Assembly (NCBI GenBank): GCA_015680685.1
Contig: MNCI01000668.1
Coordinates: 506,231 to 570,230, forward strand
DNA length: 64,000 nt
Reading direction: 5' to 3'
Source: Gnetum montanum
Lineage: Eukaryota; Plantae; Gnetophyta
Below, in pieces: positions 10,391 through 24,559 of this stretch (position 1 is the stretch's first letter; each line of letters opens with the position of its first letter). The notes beneath the pieces were generated by a model. That model saw only the letters and a list, made by a program, of their open reading frames with translations. It was not told where the DNA came from and made no database searches. The translations under genes and the position numbers were made by a program.

Positions 10391-12756
10391 CCAATGATTG
10401 CATAAATGAAAATTATGGCTTTATTCATGGAATATTTCTAGATAAGATCTTCCAAAAACATAAAATAAAAAGTCTTGACTAAATTTTGGTTGAACATGCT
10501 AGGAAAAAAAACATTTTTATTTATATTTTGTTAGAGGAATTTTATTATCTAGTATTCAATAGTATCTATTCTTAGCTATTTCTATTCATTTAAAAAATCA
10601 AATTACTAAAGAAAGAACGATATCTCATCATCTTCTTATTGAGATAGGTCATTGGATCAATTTACCATGAGAAGAGAATATTTGTAATTTGTGTAAGAAA
10701 ATCATAGAAGATAATGTATATATTTTTTATTTTCCCCATCATTAGCTTACATTTAATTGAATTATACTATTAACTATAATCTATTGATTACTTTCTTTTA
10801 AATTGATCCTATATGCTTATGGAATTATATCAATAATGTTTGCAACTTTCTTTAATACTATGTTGAGGCATTGTATATATCCAACAAATGCTTTGTGATT
10901 TCTTGGACATAATAAAAATTTCTATTTTGTAGTTTCCATTAATTTAAAATTTTGAAAGGCATAAGGAAATTTTTATTCCTTTTCTTTTAAATTAGATGCA
11001 TTTCATATGTGATAGTTAAAATTATAGGTGGTGGATCAAGGAAAATATAATTGCATAGGTTAATTAATTTACATTGGCAGGACCTAATTATTGAAAGTAG
11101 GTAATGCTTGGCTAGATTGTATTGATTTTTTATTATGTTTATTCTCTATTATAGTCACATTGTAAGCCTATGAACACCATTGTAAATGTTCATGATGACA
11201 TTAATTTGTAAAAATATAAGGCCTAAGAAAACAATAAAGGCTAAGAGATCCATCAAGATTATGTGAGGCTTTAAAAGGCCCAAATGTAAGATACAAAATA
11301 AAATAAAAATTCAAGAGAATAAAAAAATTATATTTCAATGGAAATCTAAGAGGCTGAAAATACCAATATAAAAAATGTTGTAATTTCCAAGTCACATGTA
11401 ATGTTTCAAGAGGTCTCATTCCCCTTCTTCTTATAGCCCTTGATGGAAAGTTGTAATGGTTCAAAAAGGCCTTGTTTACCTCATAGAGGCATGTATTGGC
11501 TCTTATAAAGTGAAGTTAACATTGTTTGTTTTAGCTCAAGAGGCATTTCTTGATTCTCAAAAACTAAAACTAAGAAGAAGATAAGCCCATAAATGGCTCT
11601 CATGTTAAAAATTTCTAGAAGGCATATGATCCAAAATGGCCAAGGTCCAGGAGACCTATCATGGCCCATTAATAACCACCTAAATTAAAATGGGGGAAAG
11701 AGAAATGACAAAGTCATAAATCTAAAATTGAAGAAGCCTTGAATGAAGAAGATTAAAAAATATGAAGATCATTCCACACATTGCATCCTAATGAAGGAAT
11801 TATTAGAAATTATCTAGGGTGCTTCTATGTCTCATGTTTTTTCAGCATCAATAGATTGAGATTAATGGATATGTAACTAATAGAAATGAAGATCATGAAT
11901 TGTATGTCAAAAAAATTCCTAGGCAACTATCATAGAAGCTAAATACATGACCTTAATAATATAACAAGCATGACCTAAAATATACCAAGACATACTATGT
12001 TGTATTGAATGTAGCTTTAATTTAGATGGCAACTTCAATTTTTGAGATAGAAGATATATCATCAAGAGGGTGTATTGAATAATTAGTAGAATTTTTTCAT
12101 TAAGGGAATGATTGTGAAGGTAATGATAACATTAAATATGTGGCATATATTGAAGTAAGAGGATGATAATATTAATATGTATATATTTAAGGTACATATG
12201 AAAGAAATCCCATAAATAATGGGATATATATAAGTGATGAGAAAGATCAGTGAAATAAAGAGATTAGTTAAAAGGCTAATTTGGGTATATTGTTATAAAA
12301 TCCATGTATAAATATGATATAATGCTAATAAAAATGTAATGCCTCACTACTTACCCTAGTTTGGTTGGGGGTGTGAAAAAAAATTACTCTTATGCATTTT
12401 TTTTATGTTTTAACATGGAGTCTAATGTTTAATTATTTTGATTCCTTATTATTTCTTTATTTTCTCATCTTTCATAATCTCAATCCTTTCACTAACATAG
12501 TTAGATGATTAAAAGTAACCATATTACATCCACTATGCATGTCATGGCATAACAAGAGTGTAACTTAATCATACCACTATAGCAAAGGAATTGATGACTA
12601 TGGTGTATGCACTAGAAAAGTTTCAATACTATGTGTTTGATTATTCTATATATGTCCACATTAATCATAGTTCCATTATATTTTTAATGAATAAATGTGC
12701 AATAAGACCAAGGGTTATTACATGACTCATGATTTTATAGGAGTTTGATATTACAA

Positions 12757-15700
12757 TGAAGAACTCATTTGAAGCTAAAGCATATTAGAAAAATTTGTAG
12801 TCAACCTAGGATGAGAAAGAAAGTGAGAAGGAACTAAATGACACTTCTATAAGGTCACATCTTATTTGTATAACCCTTACACATGAAGATTCTATAGTGA
12901 AAGAATCTAAAGATACTCTTGAAGAAAGGTATGACTTATTATGCAATGAAATTATATCCTTTCAAAGTTTATGTATTAAGATGACAAAGGTCTTTAGTGA
13001 TAAATTTTTAGAGTTCTTTCAAACATGCTTGAATCTCAAATAATAAAACTCAAACCTAAGGGCTAAGAATCATAAACTAACATCCTCTTATGATCAAATT
13101 ATCAAAGAGCTTGTAGATACAAAGCTTATAAATCAAAGACTTGAAAAAGGAAAAGAGATCTTACAAATTATATTAGAATAAGGAAGAGATCCACATGAAA
13201 AGAGTGTTTTAGGAATCCACCAACAAAATGAGACATCTTCAAGCACATCATCTAAATGGGATTATACACCAAGGTTTGATCATCTTTCCCAAGTAAGAAA
13301 AATCAAGTGTTATTATTGTAAAAAGTATGGGTACAAATACTCAAACTATCATTTAAAAATAAAACATTATAACATGACTCCTTGGTCTTATGCAAAAGTG
13401 CCTAGAAATAATGTCTTGCAGGGAAAAAAGGTTTGAAGATCCAAACTAAAGAAGGAAGATGAAAGAGCAAACACTAGGGATACAAAAGATATTTAATGAT
13501 TATAAAGAAGGAAATTTGAAGAGAGAACCTTATCATAAATCTACTTGAATAAAGCACCTTATTAAGAGCAAGAAAAGTGAATTTTGATAAGTAATTGGTA
13601 AGTATTTTCCCTTGACCTGCATTATGTTTTAGCTTTGTTTTTATAATAATTATTATCCTTGTTAGCATTCCTTAAGAACCTCATTTTTCTTAGTTCTCTA
13701 TAGTCTAAAAAGAACCAACTTAATGTTAGAGCATCCTATCCAAAATTAAGACATCCCACTATGCATAGGCTCAACTCAAGTAAGAAATTCTATTTTTTCT
13801 TAGGACATCCCAAACTATGGCATAAATCCTATCAATGACATCATCTATTTATATCCCATCATTCTTTTTCCCATTTCATTACATTTAAGCCTTGGATGTC
13901 ACAACATAGTCAAGTAGGGCCTCTTTTTTGCTACACTTTCATTCCATTTTTGCCCAAAATCTATGACACACAAGAAGGTTGCAACATCAAGGGTGCCTCC
14001 TCACAAGGTCAAAAGTGAAAAAGGAGCTTCTACAAGCAATTCAATTTTATATCAACTCCAATTTTAGTCTATGGATGCTTAGCATTGATTTGAGATCATC
14101 CATTTTATCTCTATTGTCAGTAAAAGAAATCTTAGTTGTCAACAACACCAATAGCAAGCTTTTATGGCTTATTTTCAAGAAATCGGTTAGGTTTCCATTG
14201 TTTACATGACTTATTATATACCAAAAAATTATGATTAGAGAGTTATATAGTAATATAGTAATTACCAATGCTATTATTGGAGCATTTACATTTGTTATTG
14301 GAGGCATTACAATTGAAATCTCATCTCAAGTTGTGAATGCTTTACTTGGGATTTCAAGTTTTGATATGCATAGCATTGTCATACATGTTATGAATGAAAT
14401 TTTCACCAATGGATTTATTCCTATATCTTATGATGAGTTTTGTGATGCTATTTTTAGTAGCTATCTATCACTGAGAAGTGGAAAAGTGTATAGACATCAA
14501 ATGTTCCAAGATGCTTCTACTCTCTTCCTTAAACTCATGTATAATATCATTGTAAAAGAGGAAAGATACAAATATATTCTACAAGATCAAGATTTTGTTC
14601 TATATTATCTTCTAACTTGGCAGCTACTAAATTTGGGACATATTATTTGCAAGGACATGTTGGAATTATTTATCCAAGAGAGAGTTTATGGACATCCTCT
14701 ACTCATCAATCTAGTTGTTCATTAGGCTAATGTTCCTATTCTAGATCTTCCTCTTCTTAAAGGGAAGAGATGTCTTGTAGAGTTTTCCAAAAAAAAAAAA
14801 AGAAGTGTAGCTCTTGCTAATTCTAAAGTTCTAACTCCTCCACCTTAGAAGGCATGAAGGAAGAAAGCTACATCTTCACCTAGGACCTCTCCTTAGCTCA
14901 AGAGTTCTAAGTCCATAAGTTCACAAGTGGGGTCTATCATAAAGAAGGATCTAAAGTCCTTTGGCAAAATCTTGGGGATGATTGGATGGAATCTCTCTTA
15001 CCTATATAACAAAATGGATACATCAAGCCTTCCTCCTCCTCTAGATGATCAATAGTTTGAGGAAAATACTACTCCTCATTTGACAAATAGTGATGAGGAC
15101 ATACCAACTCCAGCCAAACATTCTACAAATGTAGGACCATCATGAGGATATGATTCAAATAATGCATCAAATTCATAGGATCTTGTTGCATCACCTATTC
15201 ATGCCCAAGGGGAGTCTTTTTCTTGCACTGAGTAGCCTAGATTGAGTACATTTTTGCACGAGGATGTTCCATAGTCATTTGAGCAGTAGGTGATGAAGAG
15301 AATTTTTGGTACAACAGCACATTGGGAGCAACTAGCTTCTAAAACTTACCAGTGTAAGGGTACTTCCTCTTCCTCTCATCAAGCTCCATCTCATACCCCT
15401 TCATTATAGTTTTGGGTGAAGCTTTGACCCCAAAGAGCTCCTATTATAGTATCTTCTTCTAATGATGATGAGCAGCATGTCTTCCATTCCAGTACTAGTA
15501 ATGATGATGAGGAGGAGGAGACATAAAATTTTACTCATGCAACTTGAAAATTTGATAAGGATGATGATAGAGAGGTTAGTGGTTAGGGACCTTTCATGAT
15601 ATCCTTCTTTTGGAAGATGTCCAAAATGGGGAAGATTTTTTATGGTTATGTGCATTTTTTACATTTTGTACAATTATGTGTTATGAACAATTTGATGGTT

Positions 15701-17261
15701 GTATGATTTGGATTATGTTGAGACATGTTGAGATAGTATCTATCATGCTATGTGCATTTTTCTTATTTTGACTATCAAAATTTGCATGGTATAGCTTTGG
15801 AGATAGGTTGTCAAATGTTTAGTGTATATCATCTATATTTAAGATTATGGTTGCTCTAGTTTATGCTTGCTCGATGGTTACATAAGACTTGTTTTTAAGG
15901 TTTCCATTTTCTTGTGTTGCACTCTTGTGATTATGGCTAATGAATATGTGCTTTCAACTATTTTATCTTGTTTTCCTTTCCCAGATCTTACTGCCATAGG
16001 ATTATCTTTTTTATATATATATGCTTGTGCTTTTAAGTATTCAACATAGAATATTATGGATTATGCTAACCCATTTTTTCAAATTTTGGACATCATCAAA
16101 AAGAAGGAGATTATTAACCTTTTGGTATGTCAAAACCTTGGAAAATAAAAAATGTCAAAAATCTACATGATTGGAATCTTGCAGAACTTGGAAAGACAAG
16201 AACAAGATGATAGGAGCATTGTGAGGTTAAGACAAGAGCTTAGATACTGTTAACAAAAGATCAGGACAAATAGTAAGATGAGACCAAGACGAGAGCTGAG
16301 TTGTCAATCTGAGATGACAAAATTCTCAACCAAAAAATAAAGGTGAAAGATTTCATGGATGCACAAACTTAAAGAAATATGTTCTAGTATCTACCAAGAA
16401 ATCCCAAAATATTAGCAGACATTGCAATGATAGAGCTAAATTTTCATAACATACATTCCACAAAAATAGTAGAAGTCCTAATTATTCTTGCCTAACTAGG
16501 ACATCCTAGGTGAGATGTCCCAATTTCCAATAGAACATGCCACCTACAAGCACAAAATAATTAATGAGACATCCCAAGCTCAAATTGGACATCCCAACTA
16601 GTCATTTTCTAGTCATTGCATGAATGCTAACAGTTATGTTACAAGGAAATAGGCTATAAAACAAATGGAATCTTCATGAAAAGGATAAGCACTATTCATG
16701 AGAATATTCCATCATTGTTGATATCAAGTAAATTTGTGTTGTTCTTTAAATATCCATCATTTATGAATTATTTTATGTAATTATGAAAGCCTAAGTGCAA
16801 GGAATTTATAAAGTGTAGGTACATTCTCTCCTTGATTTTGGTTCTTCTTTGCTAAGCCCTATGGGGTTGATGTGCTTCTTATGTGAAAGTATCCATTGAC
16901 CTTCTCAATACCTTGCAAGATTGAGTATGTTTTCTAAGAGAAAACACTATGTGCAAAGCTCATGTTATTGTAAAGGTTGTAATATCCTTAAAACCACATT
17001 TTTACATTGTTGGGACCTTGTGGGATTGAGTGTATTTCCTAAGGGAAAATACTCCTTGAGAACCTTAAACTTTGGAAAGGTTATGGTGCTTTTAAAACCA
17101 CATTTTTGAAGAAATAAAGTCTAGAGGTATGCAAGGATTCTACCCACCATGTATGAAAGTACCCAAGTTCGAATATCACATAAATTTGTGTGTGGTCTTG
17201 GTTGTCTTGTTTGTTCAAATTAGAGAACTTATTCAACCCCCTTCTAAGTTCTCAATCTTCT
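12757..17261 (+). mobile_element. SIRE-like copia element, 5'-truncated, lacking pol (gag C-terminus, accessory ORF, 3' LTR 16112-17261)
   Basis: Colinear with the reverse complement of 23076-27600. Two polypurine-tract (PPT)-like motifs, GATGTCCAAAATGGGGAAG (~15617) and AAAAAGAAGGAGA (~16098). The LTR end TATTCAACCCCCTTCT is typical of Sireviruses. Confidence 0.8.
13963..15530 (+). pseudogene. SIRE env-like/Transposase_32-type accessory ORF
   Basis: ORF 14231-14725 reads IRELYSN...GGITIEISSQVVNALLGI...LYYLLTWQLLNLGHIICKDM...GHPLLINLV, the typical YP.LV.EFY.N / I..S...I...LG / INLG.II...M pattern, followed by a Ser/Pro/Asp-rich tail. Confidence 0.75.
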
Positions 17262-18689
17262 TCTAGTGCACTTGAAAGGGTAATGCTAGATTAAAAGTGA
17301 AAGATATAAATGGTAAAATTAGAAGTAATAGGTTAAATCATTTTTACTATTTTTAAGGATTTTTAAAGTAGCAACTCTACAAGTTTATTAATTGTGACTG
17401 GGATTTCAAAATTTTGAAAAATTTCACAATCCTTATTTGGATTCAGAAGTAGGAATCATGGGAGTTCACAATTCACATATCATGTAGGATTTGCAAAGTC
17501 TAGAAAATGGTAAGATGGATATGATGAGAACCTTGCAAAAGGGGAAGAGGGATGAGGTGAAAGTAGGGTTAAGCTTCACTAATCTTTTGGCAAAGGAAAT
17601 GGCCAACATATACTAGTCACAAAGGCATAGAGTTGTAGATTCTAGGTATATTTTATAATTAGTCAAAAATTTATGATTTTATTATAAGATTAGGGGTTTT
17701 ATTATTGATAAAGGTTCTAGTAAAGTTCTATTTAATTTTATTTTATTTTTTGATTTATATTTTTGGGTATAGGATATTTATGTTAATACAAACTAAGATT
17801 TGAAGTAATAACATTGTAATACTATCACAAAGATGATTGTTAATGCATCTTGTTTTGAGGCTATTTTTCAATTCTCTATGTTAATTCATTTTGTAGTTTT
17901 TGAGGAAAAGTATTTTTTTTTCTTGAAAAAGGGATACATAAATTGGTATTGATACATGTTTAAGATAATTAGGAGTATACTAGTTGTTTATGTTACTTTT
18001 TGTTTGATGTTTTTATATATATAAAAAGAGCCATGAAATAATGTTTTGATGGATTGAGGTTTTCTACCATGGAAATTAATTATAAAAATGTGTAATTTTG
18101 AAATTGTATTTTTCTTATTCAAATCTATGTATGTTATTATGCATATATTCATAATAAAGTATTACTATTTGAATAATTGAATACTGTTTTATTGTTATAA
18201 ATTCAAAACATAGTTCTAAATTGGGAATAGTTACTAATATTTGCTAGTAGTTTTAATTTAAAGAATGATGTCTATAGATGAATAATATTTTGTTGTTGTG
18301 TGTTTAAGGCATATTAGTTGTAGATTTAATTTTATTTTCATGAAATATTAAAGCTTGAAAATTGATATTTGTCTCATTATTTAAAGTCTTTCTAAATATC
18401 CAAAATATGTAATACAAATCTATGTAAATGAAGGTTTCAAAGATTGAAATTATAACAAGTTTTAACATTGTTTTCATTAGTGAAAATAAATGTCGTTAAG
18501 GGACTTGCAATTGAAGTGAGAATAGGATACATATAAGCTAAACAATTATAATATAGAAATAACAAAACAAGATCCTTATCATAAGTTCTAAAAGTAAAAA
18601 ACATGGATCCTATAAATAATAATGGATACAAATAATAATCATGTCATTAAATTTATTGAGCCCATGTAGATAGGAGTAGAAGTTATCTT

Positions 18690-21600
18690 TTAAATAAATA
18701 TGTATAAAGCCTAAAATTTATCACCATTAAAGAAATTCAATATTAGGTTAAGGCTTATAGATCAATTTATCATAGTCCTGCATAGACAAGTAGAAGATGT
18801 TGTGACCACTATTAGTGGGTGATCATACCTTGTAGATTTCATAGTAACTCATGTTAAGTAGAATAAGAAAAAGTTTTCAATTATCATGGAAAAAGGATGG
18901 CTTAGTATAATTAATGCTAAGTTATGAATAAGAGACTTATCCTTGGTGATTTCCAAGGAAGACAAAAAAGGAGCTATATAAAGACAAAGAGTTCCATGCA
19001 TTATGTATAGTAATACAAGATGCAACTACATGCAAAAAGTGTGGACTATAAAGCAAAGAAATATTTGAGCATGTAGAACATGTGTAGAAGCAATGTATGT
19101 ACAATGTTACTTATACATAGTAGCAACCAAACAAGAAGGCACCTAATGACTAATAACTAAAAAAGAGTGCATTTTCAACAATGGATGACAAGTTTTTATA
19201 TAGAAGAAATAGATAAGATGGAGTGATTAAGAAAGAAAGTTTTCCAATTAGAATACCAACAGGATGAAGATATGAAATGGTGAATGTTAGATATTTTAGA
19301 TAACCTAGTGCCATAGCCTAGAGAACATAAGACATTACCATATAAATTAGAATATGTATTTCTCAACAATGGAAAATTGGTAGTTATCAATGTCAATCTT
19401 AGTAAATAGAAAAATAAAAGCTACTTGAGGTAGTAAACAAATGGCCAATAATGTTCACATGGTCAATTAGATTAAAAATGCCAGCACTAAATATGTACAA
19501 ATTCTACTATCAAGTCACAAGGCCAACCTCAATAGTGAATGAATCTAAAGCTAAAGAAAGTGGTGAAATAGGATCTTTAAAACTACTCAAAGTAAGATTC
19601 ATTTATCTAGTTGAAAATAATGAATGGGTTAGCTCATTATTTATTGCCCAAAAGATGGAAGGTGGAGGATTTGCATTAATTTTTGACAATTAACTGTAGA
19701 AACTTTTAAAGACCACTTTTCATTACTATTTATTGACCACGTATTAGATACTATTGAATGGCATTAGTACTATAGACTTTTGGATGGGTTTAGTGGATAA
19801 AATCAAATTTAAATAGCACTAGAAGATTAAGAAAAGACCATGTTCACCAATCCATGAGGAACATTTGCATGTCTAGACAAATGTCATTTGGTCTTTGCAA
19901 TGCATCTACTGCATTTTAATGACTTGTTCTCAATATTTTTCAAACATAAATTGATAATGAAACTAAAGTATTTATGGATGATTTTTCTACTATTTAGATC
20001 ATCTATTAAAAAATATGCAGAAACACATTTAAAGATCAATTGGTAAAGGGGCCATGTAAGGATGAAAAATGATATAGTTTTAGGACATAAGGTGTTTCAA
20101 AAAAATGAAGATGGATTAAGATAAAACCATTGTTATCCAAGACATAATCTACAAATCACAAACTATTAAATATGTTACATCTTCTCTTGAGCATATTGGT
20201 TATTATAAAATACTCATTAAAAGTTTCTCAAAAATGGCAAAGTTGGTAATAAGACTTACCAAGAAAGATGTGTCATATATTTTGTCAAAAGATTTTTTGG
20301 AGGCATTTGAGGACACAAAATAAAAATTGGTAGAGACTCTAATCTTATGAGCTCTAAACTAGTTAATACCTTTTTACATTATGATGGATGCTTCAAATTA
20401 TGCATTAGGTGTTATACTTACAGAGTTATATAATCAAAAGAGATCATATTAAATCCATAGTGTAAGTCACTATATCACATGAGCATAACTTAACTCCACT
20501 ACTATAGAGAAAAAAATTGATCATTGTGAGGTATGCACTAGAACAATTTCAATAATATATGCTTGGTTATCTAATTTGTGTCCATACTAACTATAGCACA
20601 ATTAGATTCTTAATGAATGGCTCATGATCTTATAGGAATTTAACATCACCATGATTGATTAAAACGGAAATGAAAATGTAGTAGCAGATCATTTGTCATG
20701 AATACGATGAACTATGGAAGAAAATGTAGAATCCTTGTTAGACCAATTTCTAGATACATTTCTATTCACTGAAGTAGTAATAATTGTAGAGCACAAGACA
20801 AAAAAAATTCTACTTCATAGATTATCTAACTTATTTAAGTACTCAAAAAAATTCCTACTAAACGAAATAATAAGAAGAATAAACAATTTCTTCATTAAGC
20901 AAATAACTTCATTGAAATCAATGGTAATCTATATAGGATCAATGCTAATAGATGAATTAGATTATGTGTGCTAGAGGAAAGTAAATAAAAAATTCGTAGG
21001 ATGTACATGAAGAACCATGTGAAGGCCATTATGTAGAACAATAAACATCAATCGAACTACTTGTGGCTACATATTTTTATTCTACCATATTTTGGAAAGC
21101 ATATCAATTTTCTTAGTCTTGTCAAAGATGCTAATAAGATGGAGGAATAACAACTAGACATGAAGGCTTGCAATGATGAATATAACCATTAAAACCATTT
21201 GATATCTAAAAAATAGATTTCATGGAATCCATCACAGTAACATTAAATGAAAAGGTATACATAATAGTCACTCTTGATTATTGCATGAAATTGATAGAAT
21301 CTAGTGCAATTAAGGATTGTACATCAATAACAATAGCTAAATTATTTTAACAACATCTAATGAATATATTTGAAATACCAATAATGTTGATCTCGAATAA
21401 TGAAACACATTTCATAAGATCCATATTTAAGAAATTTATGTAATAATTTAGGGCTAATCATAAATTAATAACACTCTATCATCCCTAAGCCAATGCATAG
21501 AAAAACGTGACTAGCAAAGAAATAACATAAATTTTAACAAGAATAGTAGTTAATATAGGAAGGACTAGAAGACTAAGCTTAACAATGTTCTTTGGGCATA

Positions 21601-22100
21601 TTGATCAACTTGAAAACATCCTAGAGGGTATTCTCCATATGAATTAGTACATTACAAATCATCTACTCTACCGATCCAAGCTAAGATTTGTAATCTATTC
21701 ACTACTTACTCTTTATACATAAACATTAATTTCACCCAAAAAGAATGTTTGATCAGTCTAAACTTATTGGATAAAAATTACTTAGTATCTCTAATGTTTA
21801 TTAAGATCCATAAGACATATACTAAAATAGAAATGATGTCAAGATTACATAAGTTACTCTTAGGTCATGTGATAGAATCCTATATTACAATCCTAACCAT
21901 GTTACGCAACATAATAACTTTCAAAATTTATGGAAAAAATCTTATATCGTCCATGCTACTTATCATTCTTGTTCCATGTACATCTATCATACTAGTAGCC
22001 CATAATAACACATTCTAATAAACATTCATTAGGTTAAACCATTTAGAAATCTTCAAAAACATACAAATCCTACCATAGCATCCATTAGAAATAATCTTCA
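18690..22100 (+). pseudogene. pol: Ty3/gypsy pol remnant (PR, RT, RNase H, integrase)
   Basis: Motifs NEWVS (~19620), FLDGFSG*NQI (~19780), VFMDDFS (~19970), DASNYALG (~20385), ENVVADHLS (~20670), TLYHP*AN (~21470). Confidence 0.9.
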
Positions 22101-23629
22101 CTCAATCTTCTATATGTTCTCCATTAATCTTAGTCATGGAAAAGCATCATACTTTAACTAAGCCTTATGAATACACTTTATTTTTTATTTCTTGCTTTTC
22201 AATTTTTTGATACTTTTTTTAATTCTGGTTCATTTTCTAATACTTTTATAATTATTTTAATTCTTTAATAACTTTATAATTATTAATATATTTTCTTATT
22301 CTATTATATCTTTTAATTTTGTATAACCATTTTCATTCTTTGGAAATTTTAATTTCTAAATTGTCCATATCTTTATTATTTTGCTAATAACTACATCCAT
22401 GATTAGCAAGATGTTTTACCTCAAGTATTTGGTTCTATAATATTGAATTATTAAAGAACTAAGTAAATGTATAATGAGACCATGTCATCATTTTTCCCAT
22501 TTTCAATAATAAGATATTCTAATCATGAATATGTTATAATTATCATTACTTAAACTTAAAATTAACTTATGATCTTTATTCCTTTAAGAAAAGAAGAAGA
22601 ACCAAAAAGAATAGAAAAAGGATGTACTATCAAAGAGATTTGTTGATTCTTTGGACTTCTTCTATGAGTCTCAATCCTTCATGTGATTGTATTATTAGTC
22701 AAATATTTATTAAAATAGAAGCATGTTTTTAAAATAATAATTCTTACCTTACTATAAGACTAGACAGACATGTTACGCATACCTAAAGGTAGTCCTCTAG
22801 TATGGTTAACATAATAATTAATTTGTATGAATAATAAACATTCTTTCCATACCACTAGTAGTATGTCGAATGTTACCAAAAGATATAAACTACATAATAA
22901 AAATATTAGAGAAATACTTGGAGTGGATTCTATTTCAAAAAATCTATAAGAATAGGATCTTACATGGTTTGGACATGTGCAAAGAAGATTAGATAATGAG
23001 CCTATAAAAAAATGTTGCTACATCACTATTCTAGGAAAGCCACTAAAAATAAGAACAAAAAAGACATGAGAAAAATGAAGATGAATAACTTAGAAGGAGG
23101 GTTGAATACGTTCCACTAAATTAGATCCAATTTTTTTTACACAATAGATTTACGTGGTTTCCCAACTTGGGTATGTCTACACTTAGAGGATATAATCCTT
23201 GCATACCTCTAGACTTTGTTTATTAAAAAATATGATTTTAAGGACATCACACCTTTACAAAGTCTTGAGCTCTACTAGGGGTGTTTTCTCTTAGAAACAC
23301 ATCCAACCCATCAAGGTCACAACAAGATTAAGGATTCCTTCCCTCAAGAAACACATCCAATAACTTAGGGCTTACAAAGAGAGAGAAAAATGATAAAGTA
23401 AGAAAGATGAACTAAGCTTTATATTCCTTACTTTTGGCCCTACAAAAAATCAATGAATAACTCAAAAAATGATAGAGAATTGAGGTACAAAAATATCTCA
23501 AAATATGTATACAATTATGGCTTGATCACATGAATAGTGCTTACTTTTCTCAAAAAGGTATCATCTTCTTTTATAGCCTTGTCAACATCATATATCCGTT
23601 GGAGTTCAAACAATGGTTAGAAATGATTA

Positions 23630-23890
23630 GTTGAGACATCTTACACAAGCTTGAGATGTTTTACTAGGCTTTCCCATCTTGCAGGTGAGACATCTCATCT
23701 AACCTTGCATGTCTTGAGTAAGATGTCTAGAATAAAATTGGGATGTCTCAACTTAGATGTCTTGCTTGAGACATCTTGACTCCATTTGAAATGTTTGTTA
23801 TTTTTTTGGGATGTCTTGCCTAAGATCAAACCTTCTCAGTAGAGACATTTTATGATAGAATGAGGCATCTTAGTAGACTTGAGAACATCT
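23630..23890. repeat. Array of GAGAYRTCTY motifs (deaminated GAGACGTCTC palindromes) in the SIRE LTR; repeated at 29055-29340
   Basis: Many GAGACATCT and GAGATGTCT copies at roughly 20 bp spacing. Confidence 0.8.
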
Positions 23891-24559
23891 TCTTTGGAAT
23901 TATAAACATCTTGCATCCTTGTGATTTCTTCCAAGTCCTTGCATTTCTTATTGAATTTGATCACTCCAATTTTTCAAATCATGCTCTTGTCTCAATCTCA
24001 TTATACTCCTTTCTTAGTCTTGCAAGATCTTATAAGCATACTTACAAATTTTCCATTTTCCAAGGTTTTGACATACTAAAAGATCAATAGTCTCCCCCTA
24101 TTTGGTGATGTCCAAAACTTGAGAAAATGGGTTAGCATAACAAATAATAAAAATCATATATACCCACACACACACACACATACATAATAGGGATGGGCTA
24201 AAGATTATGGATAAAGGTTAATAGGTACACATCCATTAGCAATGATCTCTTGAACTAATAAGAATAAGTCACATTAAAAACTTTGCACATATTTGTCCAC
24301 AATATAAAGTTCAAACTACACATAAACCATCTACCCATATCTATCTATAACATGCATTAAAGTATGAAATAATAGATGCTAAAGTATGAAATAAGTGTAA
24401 AATCATAATCACATCCATATAACTGTAGTCATGAGATCTCCACATAACACAAGAGTTGAACACACAAATATAAAAGATAAACTAAAAAAATAGATGTTTG
24501 CTAAAATATCAAATTCTTCCCCTTTTTGGACAGCATCCAAAAGGTAGTCATCACCAGCC

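Larger units (their letters stand above)
6861..12491 (+). mobile_element. Decayed Ty1/copia-like LTR element inserted in Athila A RNase H
   Basis: Direct repeats at 6861-~7150 and 12113-12491 (TGTGA...CTTTCA). TSD CTAAT (6856-6860) / CTAAC (12492-12496). Copia RNase H remnants at about 11020-11100 (SRK...FTLAGP) and 11925-11960 (IEAKYMTL, resembling TEAEYMAL). Confidence 0.7.
1..12757 (+). mobile_element. Athila-like Ty3/gypsy LTR retrotransposon A (decayed gag-pol, interrupted by three insertions, truncated within RNase H)
   Basis: Gag motif near 1210-1365 reads LELFNDKY*TYSRESHLRK*IQGWKKGTHESLD..ERY..FMHRC..HGF. Protease FPII/xRPWLS is split by a solo LTR, RT WRIYIDF/FKDHF is split by the GC-rich insert, and RNase H is split by the 6861-12491 element. 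Colinear with 18690-22100 and with the minus-strand copy 36011-48660. Confidence 0.9.

Noticed and set aside
23630-23890. CRISPR-like repeat-spacer array
   Set aside because: Units are about 10 bp palindromes inside plant LTRs, with no cas genes, in a eukaryotic context.
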